Of a stretch of DNA of 64,000 bases, positions 10,649 through 20,829 are shown in pieces (the stretch's first letter is position 1; the number at the start of each line of letters is the position of its first letter). Under the pieces are notes generated by a model that was given only the letters and a program-made list of their open reading frames with translations, did no database searches and was not told the origin of the DNA. The stretch lies in NCBI GenBank assembly GCA_963662335.2, contig CAXXVD010000003.1, positions 448,001 through 512,000 on the forward strand, written 5' to 3'. The DNA comes from Chloroflexota bacterium (GTDB lineage Bacteria > Chloroflexota > UBA11872 > VXOZ01). A program made the position numbers and the translations under genes.

Positions 10649-11368
10649 TCATGTTTGCCCGAATACGCGCTCCAAGATGAACTTCCTGTTCGGCACCTCA
10701 AGCTGCTGGTACGACCGGAGAAAATGCTCCCAGTCATACGACACCTCGCGCCGCTCGACGCCAATGCCGTCTTCCCCGAGTGTCAGCACGGCGTACCGCG
10801 CCACCGGAGCGTGCCCGCAGCCCAACGCGCCGGGATTCACATAGACGCGGCCCGGCCTGGCAAAGAAATGGCCGTCATGGTGGTGGCCGGTGAGGACGGC
10901 GGCGGCCGGGTGGCCTGCGTAGTGGGAGTCCAGCTTTTCCAGGCTGGGTTCAGGGTCGATCGGCAACAGAGTCTGCGCCGCATCGAGATGATAGTGGGCG
11001 ATGAAGAGTTCCGCGTCGCCGTGCCGGGGCGCGAGCAAACGGGGCAGCGCCCGCAGTTGCGGCAGGAAGCGGCGGTCGAATTCGTCCGCAATCCACTCGT
11101 GGTGTGCTTCCATGTCCGGCGGGCTGTTGGGCGTTTCACCCGCCAGCAGCGCCAGGATGCAGTCTTCGTGATTCCCCGCCGCGCTCGCAAAGGACGGCAG
11201 GCTAAAGAGCAGTTCCAGCGTCTCGTTGGTGTCAGGCCCGATGCCGATCAGGTCGCCCGCGCCGTAGATGTATGCCAGGTCGTCCTCGCGCGCCAACTCC
11301 GCCAGCACGGCGCGCAGGGCCGGCGCGTTGCCGTGCACGTCGGTGATGAAGCCAATCTTGGTCGCCAT
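10649..11368 (-). CDS. Calcineurin-like metallophosphoesterase
   Basis: DVHGN, GDLIG, GNHE, GHHH and NPGALG. Confidence 0.93.
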   Translation of the reverse strand: MATKIGFITDVHGNAPALRAVLAELAREDDLAYIYGAGDLIGIGPDTNETLELLFSLPSFASAAGNHEDCILALLAGETPNSPPDMEAHHEWIADEFDRRFLPQLRALPRLLAPRHGDAELFIAHYHLDAAQTLLPIDPEPSLEKLDSHYAGHPAAAVLTGHHHDGHFFARPGRVYVNPGALGCGHAPVARYAVLTLGEDGIGVERREVSYDWEHFLRSYQQLEVPNRKFILERVFGQT

Positions 11369-11636
11369 AGTGCTTCTCTCAGCATTGAGAAATCGGTGAA
11401 CCGCAAACACGCCATCTCTTATCGTAGACCGGGGCGGCTTTGCGCTCAACTCTCATACCGGCCGGCGCGCCGTTTCGTACAGAGGCGGCGATTAGGCTAA
11501 GATAAGGTACCAAGAGGAAGCAAACGGGGGCATGGAGACGTCCGCTCCGGCGGCCTGGGCGGCGCGCCAGTGCCCAACACGCCGGCGAGACGGCGGCTCA
11601 CGCGCAGCGAACGTGAAAACGAGGAGCGATAGAGCA

Positions 11637-12869
11637 ATGGAGAAACTCGCGATCCGCGGCGGCACGCCGGCCTGTAATAGGAAGTTCTCTGGGTGGCCGC
11701 AGTCCGACGAGCGCGAACTGGAACTGCTGCGCCGGGTGTTGGAAAGCAGCACGTGGGGCGGCACCGGCCACGGGCCGATGGTGATGGAGTTGAATGAGCG
11801 CTTCTGCGTCTATCACGACGCCGCCTATGGCATCCCGCTCACGAGTTGCACCGCCGGCCTGGACATCGGCCTGCGCGCCTTCGACATCGGGCCCGGCGAC
11901 GAGGTGATCGTGCCGGCCTTCACCTTCATGGCCACGGCCTTTGCGCCCATGTACGTGGGCGCGGACGTGGTATTTGCCGACGTGGACGCCAACTCGCTCT
12001 GTCTCGATCCGGCGGCGGTGGCGGCGGCCATCACCCCGCGCACCCGCGCCATCGTGCCGGTGCACTTTGGCGGCTATCCGGCGCAGATCGACGAACTGGG
12101 CGCGCTCGCAAAGCAACACGATCTCGCCGTCATCGTCGATTGCGCCCACGCCCACGGTACCGAGTGGGCCGGCAAGAAAGTCGGCGGCTGGGGCGACCTG
12201 AACTCCTACAGCTTCAACCAGGCCAAGAACATGACCTGCGGCGAGGGCGGCCTGGCAACCACCGACAACGAGGCCCTCTGGGAACGCTGCTTCTACACGT
12301 TGGCCTGCTTTGGGCGCAAGCATGGCCGCCCCTGGTACGAGCACCACGAACTGGGCCAGGCCTACCCCATGAACGAATTCCAGGCCGCCGTCTGCCTGCC
12401 GCAACTGGAGCGGCTCGATGAGCACACGAAGCGCCGCAACGAGAACGCGGCGTACCTCTCCGGTATGCTTAGCGAAATCCCCGGCCTCACGGTGCAGGAA
12501 CTCGCGCCGGAGGTCACGCAGCACGGCTACCACATCTATCCCCTGCGCCTGGACGCGGCGGAATTCGGCGCCGACCGGGAGACTTTCCTGGAAGCCGTGC
12601 GCGCGGAGGGCGTGGGCATTTCCAGCGGCTATCCCTGGCCGCTCTACGACAATCCCATGTTCGACAAGGCCGACGGCTCGGTGAAAGGCGCGATCGGCGG
12701 TTTCCGCGCCGAGCCGTGTCCGGTGACCGAGCGGCTCTGCAGCGAGGAAGCGGTCTGGATCGGCCAGAATACGCTCCTCGCCGACCGGAGCGCCATGGAC
12801 GACATCGCGGCGGCCATCGCCAAGGTGCAACGGAACGTGGGCCAACTCCAGGCGGCGCACGCCACGTAG
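11637..12869 (+). CDS. DegT/DnrJ/EryC1/StrS PLP-dependent aminotransferase
   Basis: GPGDEVIVPAFTF, VPVHFGG, DCAHAHG and SFNQAKNMTCGEGG. Confidence 0.95.
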   Translation: MEKLAIRGGTPACNRKFSGWPQSDERELELLRRVLESSTWGGTGHGPMVMELNERFCVYHDAAYGIPLTSCTAGLDIGLRAFDIGPGDEVIVPAFTFMATAFAPMYVGADVVFADVDANSLCLDPAAVAAAITPRTRAIVPVHFGGYPAQIDELGALAKQHDLAVIVDCAHAHGTEWAGKKVGGWGDLNSYSFNQAKNMTCGEGGLATTDNEALWERCFYTLACFGRKHGRPWYEHHELGQAYPMNEFQAAVCLPQLERLDEHTKRRNENAAYLSGMLSEIPGLTVQELAPEVTQHGYHIYPLRLDAAEFGADRETFLEAVRAEGVGISSGYPWPLYDNPMFDKADGSVKGAIGGFRAEPCPVTERLCSEEAVWIGQNTLLADRSAMDDIAAAIAKVQRNVGQLQAAHAT

Positions 12870-12890
12870 CGCGGGGGCTTGCCCCCCGCC
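12866..12890. repeat. Palindromic repeat family E (GTAGCGCGGGGGCTTGTCCCCCGC)
   Basis: Copies at about 19763-19788, 32497-32521, 35001-35025, 35135-35159 and 43758-43856; this copy supplies the TAG stop of the aminotransferase. Confidence 0.85.
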
Positions 12891-12950
12891 TGGGACAGCA
12901 ATCGACCTTACGGTGACCTTACGAACGCCAAAAGAGAAAGGAACGACACC

Positions 12951-14015
12951 ATGAGCACCACCATCGCCACACAATTACCCACCGAAAAGCGCGTGTTGCA
13001 AGATGTCCAGACCGGCGCCACCATCTGGCAGTTGACCGACGCGCCCTGCGTCAATCACGCGCCGTACTTCCTCAATCCCGCCTGGGCCGGCGGGAACCAC
13101 GACGTGCTCATCATTACGTCATACCGGGACGGCGCGCCGAATCTCTACGGCATCCAATTGCCGGACGGCGGCTTGCGCCAACTCACGAGCGGTGGCGACG
13201 TGTCGCCCTGGTCGGCGTGCGTCGCGCCCGACGGCGGCCGCGTCTTCTACGCCGCCACCACCCAGTTGCGCGCCATTGACATCGACACGCTGCAAGAGAC
13301 CGTGCTCACCGACCTGCCGCCCTCGTCGTGGCTTGGCAATTGCTCGATCAGTCCCGACGGCGGCGAAATCCTGCTGGCGGCGCAGAAGGACGGCCAGAAC
13401 ATCATCCTGGCCGTGCGCACCGACGGCGGCGGCGAGCGGACGCTCTTCGGCACCGACCAACTGGTGGCCCACGCCCAGTGGAGTCCCGATGGGCGCACGG
13501 TGCTCTTCTCGTCCGACCTGCCGCGCATGTGGCTGGTGGAGGCCGACGGGACGAATCCGCGTCCGCTGCGCGCGCAGACCCGCGAAGAGTGGATTACACA
13601 CGAGGCGTGGCTCTCCAACGACGAGATAATCTTCACCTACTGGCCCCACGCGCTGAAGGCCATCCGGCGCGACGGCAGCGGCGAACGGGCGGTGGCGGCG
13701 TTCAACTGCTGGCATCCCGCGCCCCGCCGCGACGGCGCGCAGATCGTCTGCGACACCACCCTGCCCGACGTGGGACTGCAACTCATCGAACCCGCCACCG
13801 GCGCGCGGGAGACGCTCTGCCACCCGCAGGCGTCGTCACAGGGCTTCCAGTGGTCGCAGCCGGAACCTTACGCCGGCGAGACCGCGCCCGACGATGCCTA
13901 CGGCCCCCAGTGGACGCACCCGCACCCGTCGTTCACCCCCGACGGCCGCGGGGTGGTCTATACCTCCGACATATCGGGTCACCCGCAGGTGTACCTGGCG
14001 TTCGTGCCGGCGTAG
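12951..14015 (+). CDS. Beta-propeller protein, oligogalacturonate lyase/TolB-like
   Basis: DVQTGATIWQLT start, repeated SPDG turns and C-terminal HPHPSFTPDGR..YTSD.SG.PQVY. Confidence 0.8.
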   Translation: MSTTIATQLPTEKRVLQDVQTGATIWQLTDAPCVNHAPYFLNPAWAGGNHDVLIITSYRDGAPNLYGIQLPDGGLRQLTSGGDVSPWSACVAPDGGRVFYAATTQLRAIDIDTLQETVLTDLPPSSWLGNCSISPDGGEILLAAQKDGQNIILAVRTDGGGERTLFGTDQLVAHAQWSPDGRTVLFSSDLPRMWLVEADGTNPRPLRAQTREEWITHEAWLSNDEIIFTYWPHALKAIRRDGSGERAVAAFNCWHPAPRRDGAQIVCDTTLPDVGLQLIEPATGARETLCHPQASSQGFQWSQPEPYAGETAPDDAYGPQWTHPHPSFTPDGRGVVYTSDISGHPQVYLAFVPA

Positions 14016-14173
14016 AGCAGCGCCGCGACGCTTCCCATTAGCGGTAATGAGAATAGGCGGTTCTCTTATTAGCGTATGTGCGCCTTTGTGATAACAAGCC
14101 AATGCAACGGTAGTCGCCGGGAACACTCTTAACCGGTGGAAATCAGCCTCGGAACCGCGTGATGCCCGCAGGC

Positions 14174-14545
14174 TCACACGTGCTGGTCTACCAGGATGGG
14201 ATTGCCGTCCGGGTCCACCGCCACGAAGCTTGCCGGGCCGGTGGTGTCCTCGTCGGCCTCGTTCACCAGGGCCACGCCCTGCGCCTTGAGCCGCCGCTGC
14301 AATGCGCGCACGTCGGTGAAACTCGCCAGCGGCTGCGCCTGGGCGTCCCACCCCGGATTGAACGTCAGGATATTCTGCTCGAACATCCCCTGAAACAACC
14401 CAATGGTGCACGCGCCGTTCCTGAGTATCAACCAGTTCTCCGCCGCGTCTCCGCCCACCACTTCAAACCCAAACTTGGCATAGAAGTCCCGCGATGCCGC
14501 GATGTCCTTGACCGCCAAGCTCACCGAAAACGCGCCGAGTTCCAT
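14174..14545 (-). CDS. VOC/glyoxalase family protein
   Basis: [15 protein letters not shown]...[19 protein letters not shown]. Confidence 0.92.
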   Translation of the reverse strand: MELGAFSVSLAVKDIAASRDFYAKFGFEVVGGDAAENWLILRNGACTIGLFQGMFEQNILTFNPGWDAQAQPLASFTDVRALQRRLKAQGVALVNEADEDTTGPASFVAVDPDGNPILVDQHV

Positions 14546-14606
14546 GAGATTGCTCCTATAGAAGCGTGCATTGAGAATTACGCGCACTTGGCTACCACAG
14601 TGCTCA

Positions 14607-14725
14607 AAGAGTCCGTGATAGCCACGAATCCGTCATCACCACGAGTCCTCCACAGCCACGAGTCACGCATGACCAAGAGTCCTTCATAGCCGCGAGTCAC
14701 CCATAGCCACGAGTCCGTCATTGCC
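14607..14725. repeat. Degenerate 17-bp tandem array, 7 units (consensus ACGAGTCCGTCATAGCC)
   Basis: Units start at 14607, 14624, 14641, 14658, 14675, 14692 and 14709; each has GA(G/A)TC at the same offset and ends in CC. Confidence 0.9.
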
Positions 14726-14821
14726 ACGAAGACAGCGCGCCCGCCTCCGTCATTCCCGCGAAAGCGGGAATCCATCTTCTCTTGTCACCACCAGACCCAC
14801 CCACACGCAACTTCACCACCC

Positions 14822-15046
14822 CTACCGCTCGTTCATCTCATCCCGCGTGAACTTCCGTCCGCTGCTGTCAATCGTCTCCTGCAACTCCCGGATAGTCGCC
14901 AGCGCCCTCTCCGCCTGCCACCTGCGCCCGGCATACTCCGCCAGCCACCCCTCAAAGAGCGCTTCCAAAGTCGTCCCCTCCGCCGCAGCCCGCCGCCGCG
15001 CGGCCTCGAGCAAGCCCGGGTCCGCGCTCAGGGTTATGTTCTTCAT
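14822..15046 (-). CDS. Ribbon-helix-helix antitoxin-like protein (DUF6364/VapB-like), no adjacent toxin gene
   Basis: MKNITLS.D..LLE.AR..A...GTTL and terminal FTRDEMNER; GAGG RBS. Confidence 0.75.
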   Translation of the reverse strand: MKNITLSADPGLLEAARRRAAAEGTTLEALFEGWLAEYAGRRWQAERALATIRELQETIDSSGRKFTRDEMNER

Positions 15047-15276
15047 GTCGTCAACCTCATTGGTATGGTTGTCGTCTACGGCCCGCTTCTTTGAAGTCAG
15101 TCCTGCGGCTATGTGACACCCTCAATCACGCGCCTCATGGCTTGGAATCGGGGCAATTGCGCAGGTTGCTTTGGCAGTAAGTGTTAAGTTTATCTGAGTG
15201 TGATGCGCTTGTATAATGGACAGTGTGAAGTAGGAGTGGCTGGCTACAAGACGGTCCGTGCGATTGGAGGTGCGCC

Positions 15277-15507
15277 ATGAGTACGAACGAGAAACCTACC
15301 GCGAAAACCAGCGCGCAGGATGAATCCGCTCTGGTACGGCACTTCGTCTTTATCGCTATAGTTCGCCATTTCCTGAAGTCGTCCCACCGGTACCTCACGC
15401 AGTCCTACGACGACTTTGGCAAGGGCTGGGAAGAGGATTCCTATGATTGGCCGGGAAGCGCCTGGAAACGAAACGGATCGGCCATTGGTGGAATCTTCCG
15501 CAGATGA
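15277..15507 (+). CDS. Small hypothetical protein
   Basis: GGAGG RBS and an upstream TATAAT; no recognisable family. Confidence 0.4.
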   Translation: MSTNEKPTAKTSAQDESALVRHFVFIAIVRHFLKSSHRYLTQSYDDFGKGWEEDSYDWPGSAWKRNGSAIGGIFRR

Positions 15508-15591
15508 AGCCTCCGATTCACGCTACAATAGAGTTGAATCATTGGATAGCTGCTAATTCGTGGCGGCAAAGTACGAAAGGATGGGGTTTGA

Positions 15592-16320
15592 ATGACTGTT
15601 TGTATAGCCGCGTTGTACGAGGATGGTGATGGTGTAGTGCTCGCTTCAGACCATATGGTTACGACTTCTTACCCTATGCCATATGAGTTTGAGAACGATG
15701 AGATGAGCAAAATTCATAGAATGAGCGAACACGCGCCAATATTTGCGCTCGCCGCTGGCGACTTGGTGAACGGCAACGAAATGCTAGACCATGCTCAGAT
15801 GGAAGTTGCCCGACAAGAAGTCGCAAGAGAAAATGGCATCACGGCCGATCAAGTGGCAGAGATAGTACGCATGTGCTACTCATCCCTGCGCCTCAAGCTT
15901 GCTGTAAGTCTACACTTGGAACCAAGAGGCATGGATCACCCGACTTTCATTAGTAACCAGAATAACCTGACCCCGCAACTCGCTCAGTACCTAGACCAAG
16001 CTATTGCCCAATTTGACATTGGAGTTGAGTTAATCGTTGCCGGGCCAACAAACGAGAAAGTTGGAATCTATCAGATCGTCCATCCCGGCGTGATCATTAA
16101 TGCCACTTCGATCGGCTATGCTGCAATTGGAAGTGGCGCCCCTCATGCTATCTATTCGTTCATCGAGCAACCATACAAGCAATCTTTCAATAGGCAAGAA
16201 GCAGAGGCCGGAGTGCAAGCCGCCAAGAGGCGAAGTGAAGTGGCTCCCGGCGTAGGTGAGAAGACCTCAACCGAAATCGTCTGCATCGCTGAGGAGGAGA
16301 CCGATGCTCGGTCAGGGTAG
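15592..16320 (+). CDS. Proteasome-beta/HslV-like Ntn-hydrolase (Thr1 protease)
   Basis: N-terminal M-T-VCIAA, VLASD, SKI, AAGD, ELIVAG, YAAIGSG and GVG match the Thr1/Asp17/Lys33/Gly47/Ser129 pattern. Confidence 0.82.
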   Translation: MTVCIAALYEDGDGVVLASDHMVTTSYPMPYEFENDEMSKIHRMSEHAPIFALAAGDLVNGNEMLDHAQMEVARQEVARENGITADQVAEIVRMCYSSLRLKLAVSLHLEPRGMDHPTFISNQNNLTPQLAQYLDQAIAQFDIGVELIVAGPTNEKVGIYQIVHPGVIINATSIGYAAIGSGAPHAIYSFIEQPYKQSFNRQEAEAGVQAAKRRSEVAPGVGEKTSTEIVCIAEEETDARSG

Positions 16321-16528
16321 CGACTCCATGCTGGACCGGCTGCAACCAGTCCCGATAGACTACCTTCCAGACAAGAAGGCTGCTGGCGGGTACAAGTATA
16401 CTCCCCCGCGGGCAAGATACGCGCCACCTCCAAGTGCAAAGTACACACCACCCAAGGTGGCGTACTCTCCTCCACCTTCCATTGGCAAGGGGCCTAAGCC
16501 GCCTGCATTTTCGCCGCCACACCCTTAG
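16304..16528 (+). CDS. 74-aa proline-rich peptide with repeated (Y/F)-x-P-P units
   Basis: GAGGAGGAG RBS inside the protease 3' end; the repeats are conserved in protein but synonymously diverged in DNA. Confidence 0.7.
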   Translation: MLGQGSDSMLDRLQPVPIDYLPDKKAAGGYKYTPPRARYAPPPSAKYTPPKVAYSPPPSIGKGPKPPAFSPPHP

Positions 16529-16681
16529 CTTACGGTTGGCAGCCATAGTACACAGCCCCTATTCCATTTTGTGCTCGTCCAAATTGCAGCGCCAACCAGT
16601 TGCTCGCTCCGCAGTCGCAAAGAGCCAGGGTTTAGCGTGCCTTTAGGTATTCTGCCTTGACGTGATTTGGTTGCAGGCAAC

Positions 16682-19575
16682 CTATAGACGCCGGTTGGAG
16701 ATGACGGGTTCGGAGGCTAGGAGGCGGCGGAGGGTGGTGAGGTCGGGGAGGTTGAGGACTTGGGTGAGGCCGGTGTCCAGGGCTTGGCGGGCGGGGCAGT
16801 GGGCCATGTTGGGGAGACGCTCGAATTCGGCGGTGGCGAGGGTGTCGAAGAGGCGGGAGAGGGAGCGGAGTTGGGAGGCGGTGAGGTGGCGTGGGTCGAG
16901 AACGGGAACGTCTTCAAGGTCGGCCTTTTTCAATTGTACCCAACTACCTTCAGTAGTGTTGCGATTCGCCAGCAATGTCAAGATGCCTAAGCTGCTATTC
17001 ATATAGATCGCCAAGGCCCTGTCCCAGGTTTGATCATTAGTCTTGACTGGCCACCAGACATTGGACAAAACCGGCTTGTCGGCGGACAAAGCTACGACTC
17101 GCGCCGTATTCAGCCTTAGCCGTTGAACGACCAGGAGCGAGGCTGCTTTCGGCCAAAGTTGGTCAATACGTTTGAGTCGTCGGCCCGGGCGTGGCTCCGC
17201 GAGCGGGGCCAAGTGCTTATCCGGCTGCACGGTCATGCGCTTCCTGTGTTCAGTCTTGTTGCCCTCCACCATTGGATAGGCGGTAATTGCGTCCGTCGGG
17301 TCGAATCCGTCGCGCACGTCTCTAACGTCGGGGCCGATTGCACCGATTTCTCCTAGCGGGCAGAGGGGTATGCTGGCGGTTGAAACTTCGCCCGGCACCC
17401 AGACTTCCCCGGCGTCCAACAGTCGCACGGCGCTGCGGATGACGTCGGCACGGGCAAACTGGACGCCGAACCACTGCTTGCCAGAGAGGTCCGCTTCCGG
17501 AATCGAAACAACCTCTCCCACATGGCGGCCGTCTACTCCCAGGAGCGCCGTGCCTGTCTCTTCCAAGTTCGCCGGAGCTGTGGCGGAGACGGCTTGGGCG
17601 ACGCGGTGCGCGGCTGTGGGGCCATTGGGATTCTGCCAGAGGTTGACGAAGGTGGTGCGGGGTTGGGGGGCGTGCTGCTCATCAGGAGACGGATTCCGGC
17701 TTTCGCCGGAATGACGAGTGGAAGGGGATTGACGGGGTGAGGCGGTGGAGCGGCGCGTGGCGATGAGCAGCGCTTCCGAGAGGTCGGTGCTGTCGGAGAA
17801 GTTCCAGCGCTGGGGGTCGTGGGACGTTATCACCACATCGAGGGTGAAGTCCTGCTCGATCAGGGCGCGGGTCTGCGCCCAGGAGGGGCCGGTGCAGACG
17901 GTGAGGGGCAAGACCAAGGCGAGCCGGCCCTCGCCGGGCAGCATCTTGTCTGAAACGGCCGCCACGAACGCGGCGCCAAGTTCGGCAGTAGCGGAGGCTT
18001 GCCGCGACTTGAGGCGGCGCGACAGTTCGTCTTGCAGTTTGCGCCGTTCCGCCGGGGGCAGGCTGCCGAACAGCAGATTGCCGCCAACCGAGCGCGTAAA
18101 CGGCGGGTTCATGATCGCCAGGTCAAGTTTCGGCAGCTTTGCGGTCTGGCGTTCCGCCGCGCCGCCGGGCCCGCCGCCGGTTATGCGGCGCGCGTCCCCG
18201 GCTCGTCCGGCGACAGAGCGTGTTGCACCAGCGCCTCGTCCGTGCCCAGGTAGTCCAGCGACCCCAGGTTGACGCGCTCGCCCTCCACGCCCAGGGGCAT
18301 GACGTGGAGGTTCATGCGGTCGAACTCGATGTGGGGATTGAGCATCGCCAGGCTGGTGGCGGCGAAGTGGATGGCGGAAAGCTGCACGTCGTAGCCGTGC
18401 AGGGCCTGTTCCACCATGGCTTTGTGGAGCGCGGCGGCGCGGGCGCCGCCCGCGGCCTTGTGGCGGCGTTCCGCCTCGGCGGCTACGGCCATGAGCAGCG
18501 TGCCGGTGCCGCAGGCCAGGTCGGCCACGTTGAGCGAGGCGGGAAACTCGTGGTCGCGCCAGTCCACGCCCGGCGGCCACTCGTGGAAGACCAGCCGCGC
18601 CAGCAGCGTGGCGGCCGGCACGGACGTATAGTACGCGCCGGTGAACTTGGCGTCGGTTAAGAGCGTGTGGAAGAGCCGGCCGGAGAGGTCGTGGCCTTCC
18701 ACCTTGCGCGTCTCGTCCACCGCCTTGACCAGCGGCGCGATGACGGGCGTGCGCACGTCGGCCGGCCCGTCCAGCAGCACGTCCAGGATGTCGGCGGCCA
18801 GTGCAAAGACCGGCACGTAGTCGATTTCCTTGCAGATGAAGCGCCAGGCGTCCCGCAGGCTGGGAAGGCCTCGGCTCGAGGCTTCGCGGACAGTTTTCAC
18901 GTCATCGTTCTCATCGGCCAGGCGGTCCTGGAAGGCAAGGGCGTTGAAGAGCGCCAAGCAGCCGATGCGCAAGGCGGCGGCGCGGTTCTTCTCCTGGTCG
19001 GTCTCGGCAATGAGGTCGGCGATGCGGCGGGCGCTGCGCTGGTGCTGGGCAAGCGGGTACACTGCCTGCTCCAAGGCGTATTCAATCGCGCCGGCGGCGG
19101 CCTGCACCTGGTCGATGCCTTGCAATTCCAAAGGCAGGGTGCGCAGGTGGTCGGCCAGGTCGTCAACGGAGCCGCCGCTCATGCGGCGCGGCGCGGGCGG
19201 CGCGTCCTCGGCCAGATCGAGCAGCGTGGGCCGCGCGGCCTGCCACCACTGGAGGTCAACCGCGGACTCCAGCGCGGCCTGGGTGTCGTCGTCATGCCTG
19301 ATGCGCTCGGGATAGAGCACGCCGAGCACGGCGAGGGCTTCCGGATAGGCGGCCAGGCGCGCTTGGAGTTGGGCTTCCAGTTGACTCTCCGCGCCCTGCC
19401 ACTTGCACTCCAGGAGGATCAGGCCGCTGCGCACGTTGACGCGCACGTCGGGCGCGCCCCGCCGGCTGCGGCGTTCGGCCCTGGCCCTCATGCCGCGGGC
19501 AGAGAGCATTTCCGCCAGCAGGACGTTGACGGCTTCTTCGCGGGTGGTTTCGGTTGGTTTGAGGCGAGATGCCAT
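16682..19575 (-). pseudogene. Type IIG-like restriction-modification fusion (PD-(D/E)xK nuclease, N6-adenine methyltransferase, specificity region), split by one frameshift near 18196
   Basis: PD...LECK and motif I DLACGTGTLL lie in ORF 18181-19575; motif IV IMNPPF and the C-terminus lie in another frame (16682 to about 18196). Confidence 0.85.
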
Positions 19576-19635
19576 GGTCTTTCGATGCCTTGTAGGGTTT
19601 GCCGCTGTGGGCACTTAGACTTTAGCACGCCGGCG

Positions 19636-19662
19636 TAGGGGCACGACATGTCGTGCCCCTAC
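19636..19662. repeat. Palindromic repeat family F (GTAGGGGCACGACATGTCGTGCCCCTAC)
   Basis: Perfect palindrome with GTAG ends; second copy at about 44817-44845. Confidence 0.85.
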
Positions 19663-20022
19663 GCCTGTTGGTTAATTGGGCAGAAGCGTTCTTGTGATGA
19701 TCTGCCGAATAGGTACGAAAGCATTGGAGGCAAGCCGCCGCGCAACGGCTGGGCTGCCAAGAGGCGGGGGACAAGCCCCCGCGCTACGTTGTTGTGATTG
19801 CGCGTGAGATTCCCCGCTCACCCCGGCCCTCTCCCGGCGGGAGAGCTGACTGGGGTATGTAAGTGTCATTCCGAGCGCAGCGAGGAATCTAAAGATGCCG
19901 GTTTTGTAAGGCTGCGCTCTAGATTCCTCTCTCCGCTACGCTCCGTTCGGAATGACACGTTTAGTCGGCTATTGTATACATACCCCTGTCAGCGGCGGGA
20001 GAGGGAGAAATCGGATCGCGCC

Positions 20023-20829
20023 TTAGCGCTTCGTTTTGAATAGCGCCGCCAGGTTTTCGCCGAGGATTCTGCGTTTTTCCGCATCTGTGATCGGGGCCAG
20101 GAGGACGCGGCCGAGTTGGTAGGTGGCGCAGGTCCAGGGCATATCGGAGCCGTAGAGGATCTTGTTTGCGCCGGCCAGGCGCACCATTTCGCGGAAGTCG
20201 TCGCGGTAGCCCACGGAGGCGGCCGTATCCAGGTAGACGTTCGGTTCCTCGGCGGCCACTTGCACCAGGTCGCGGCTGGCGCGGGGGTTGCCGCCGGCGG
20301 CGTGGGCCACGATGAAGTGGCAGCCGGGGAATTCGCGGGCGATGCGGCGCAGGGTGGCCGGCGTGCCGGTGCCGTGGCTGATGAGCGGCAGGCGGTGGCG
20401 GTCGGCCAACTCGAACGCGGGCCGATAGCCGGGGCCGTCGAAAGGGTATTGGGCCACACCCGCGTGCATCTTGATGCCCACCGCGCCGGCGTCTATGCAG
20501 CGCTGCAACTCGTCCCGCACTAACTCCGGCTCGTGAGGGTCCGGCACGCCGTAGGCCAGCAGGCGGCCGGGGAACTCCCGCGCGGCCGCCAGGCTCATGT
20601 CGTTGCCTTCGCGCATGTCGAACAGGATCGCCATGCTGGAAAAAACGCACGCCTGGTCCATGCCGACGCGGTCCATGGTGGCCACCATGCCGGCGGCGTC
20701 GTTATAGGTCTGGTAGAAGTGCGGCGCGGGGCCGAGATGGCAGTGGTTGTCGATTACGAGCGTGCCGTGGAGGGGCGCGCCGTCGAGGGCCTGCTCGTGG
20801 AGGGACTGGGTGGGTGCGGCTGTTGGCAT
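20023..20829 (-). CDS. Amidohydrolase family protein
   Basis: IDNHCH, GIKMH, ISH, VAH, NVYLD and ILYGSD...ILGEN. Confidence 0.92.
   Translation of the reverse strand: MPTAAPTQSLHEQALDGAPLHGTLVIDNHCHLGPAPHFYQTYNDAAGMVATMDRVGMDQACVFSSMAILFDMREGNDMSLAAAREFPGRLLAYGVPDPHEPELVRDELQRCIDAGAVGIKMHAGVAQYPFDGPGYRPAFELADRHRLPLISHGTGTPATLRRIAREFPGCHFIVAHAAGGNPRASRDLVQVAAEEPNVYLDTAASVGYRDDFREMVRLAGANKILYGSDMPWTCATYQLGRVLLAPITDAEKRRILGENLAALFKTKR

Noticed and set aside
14607-14725. CRISPR array
   Set aside because: Units are 17 bp, contiguous and lack unique spacers; no cas genes in the window
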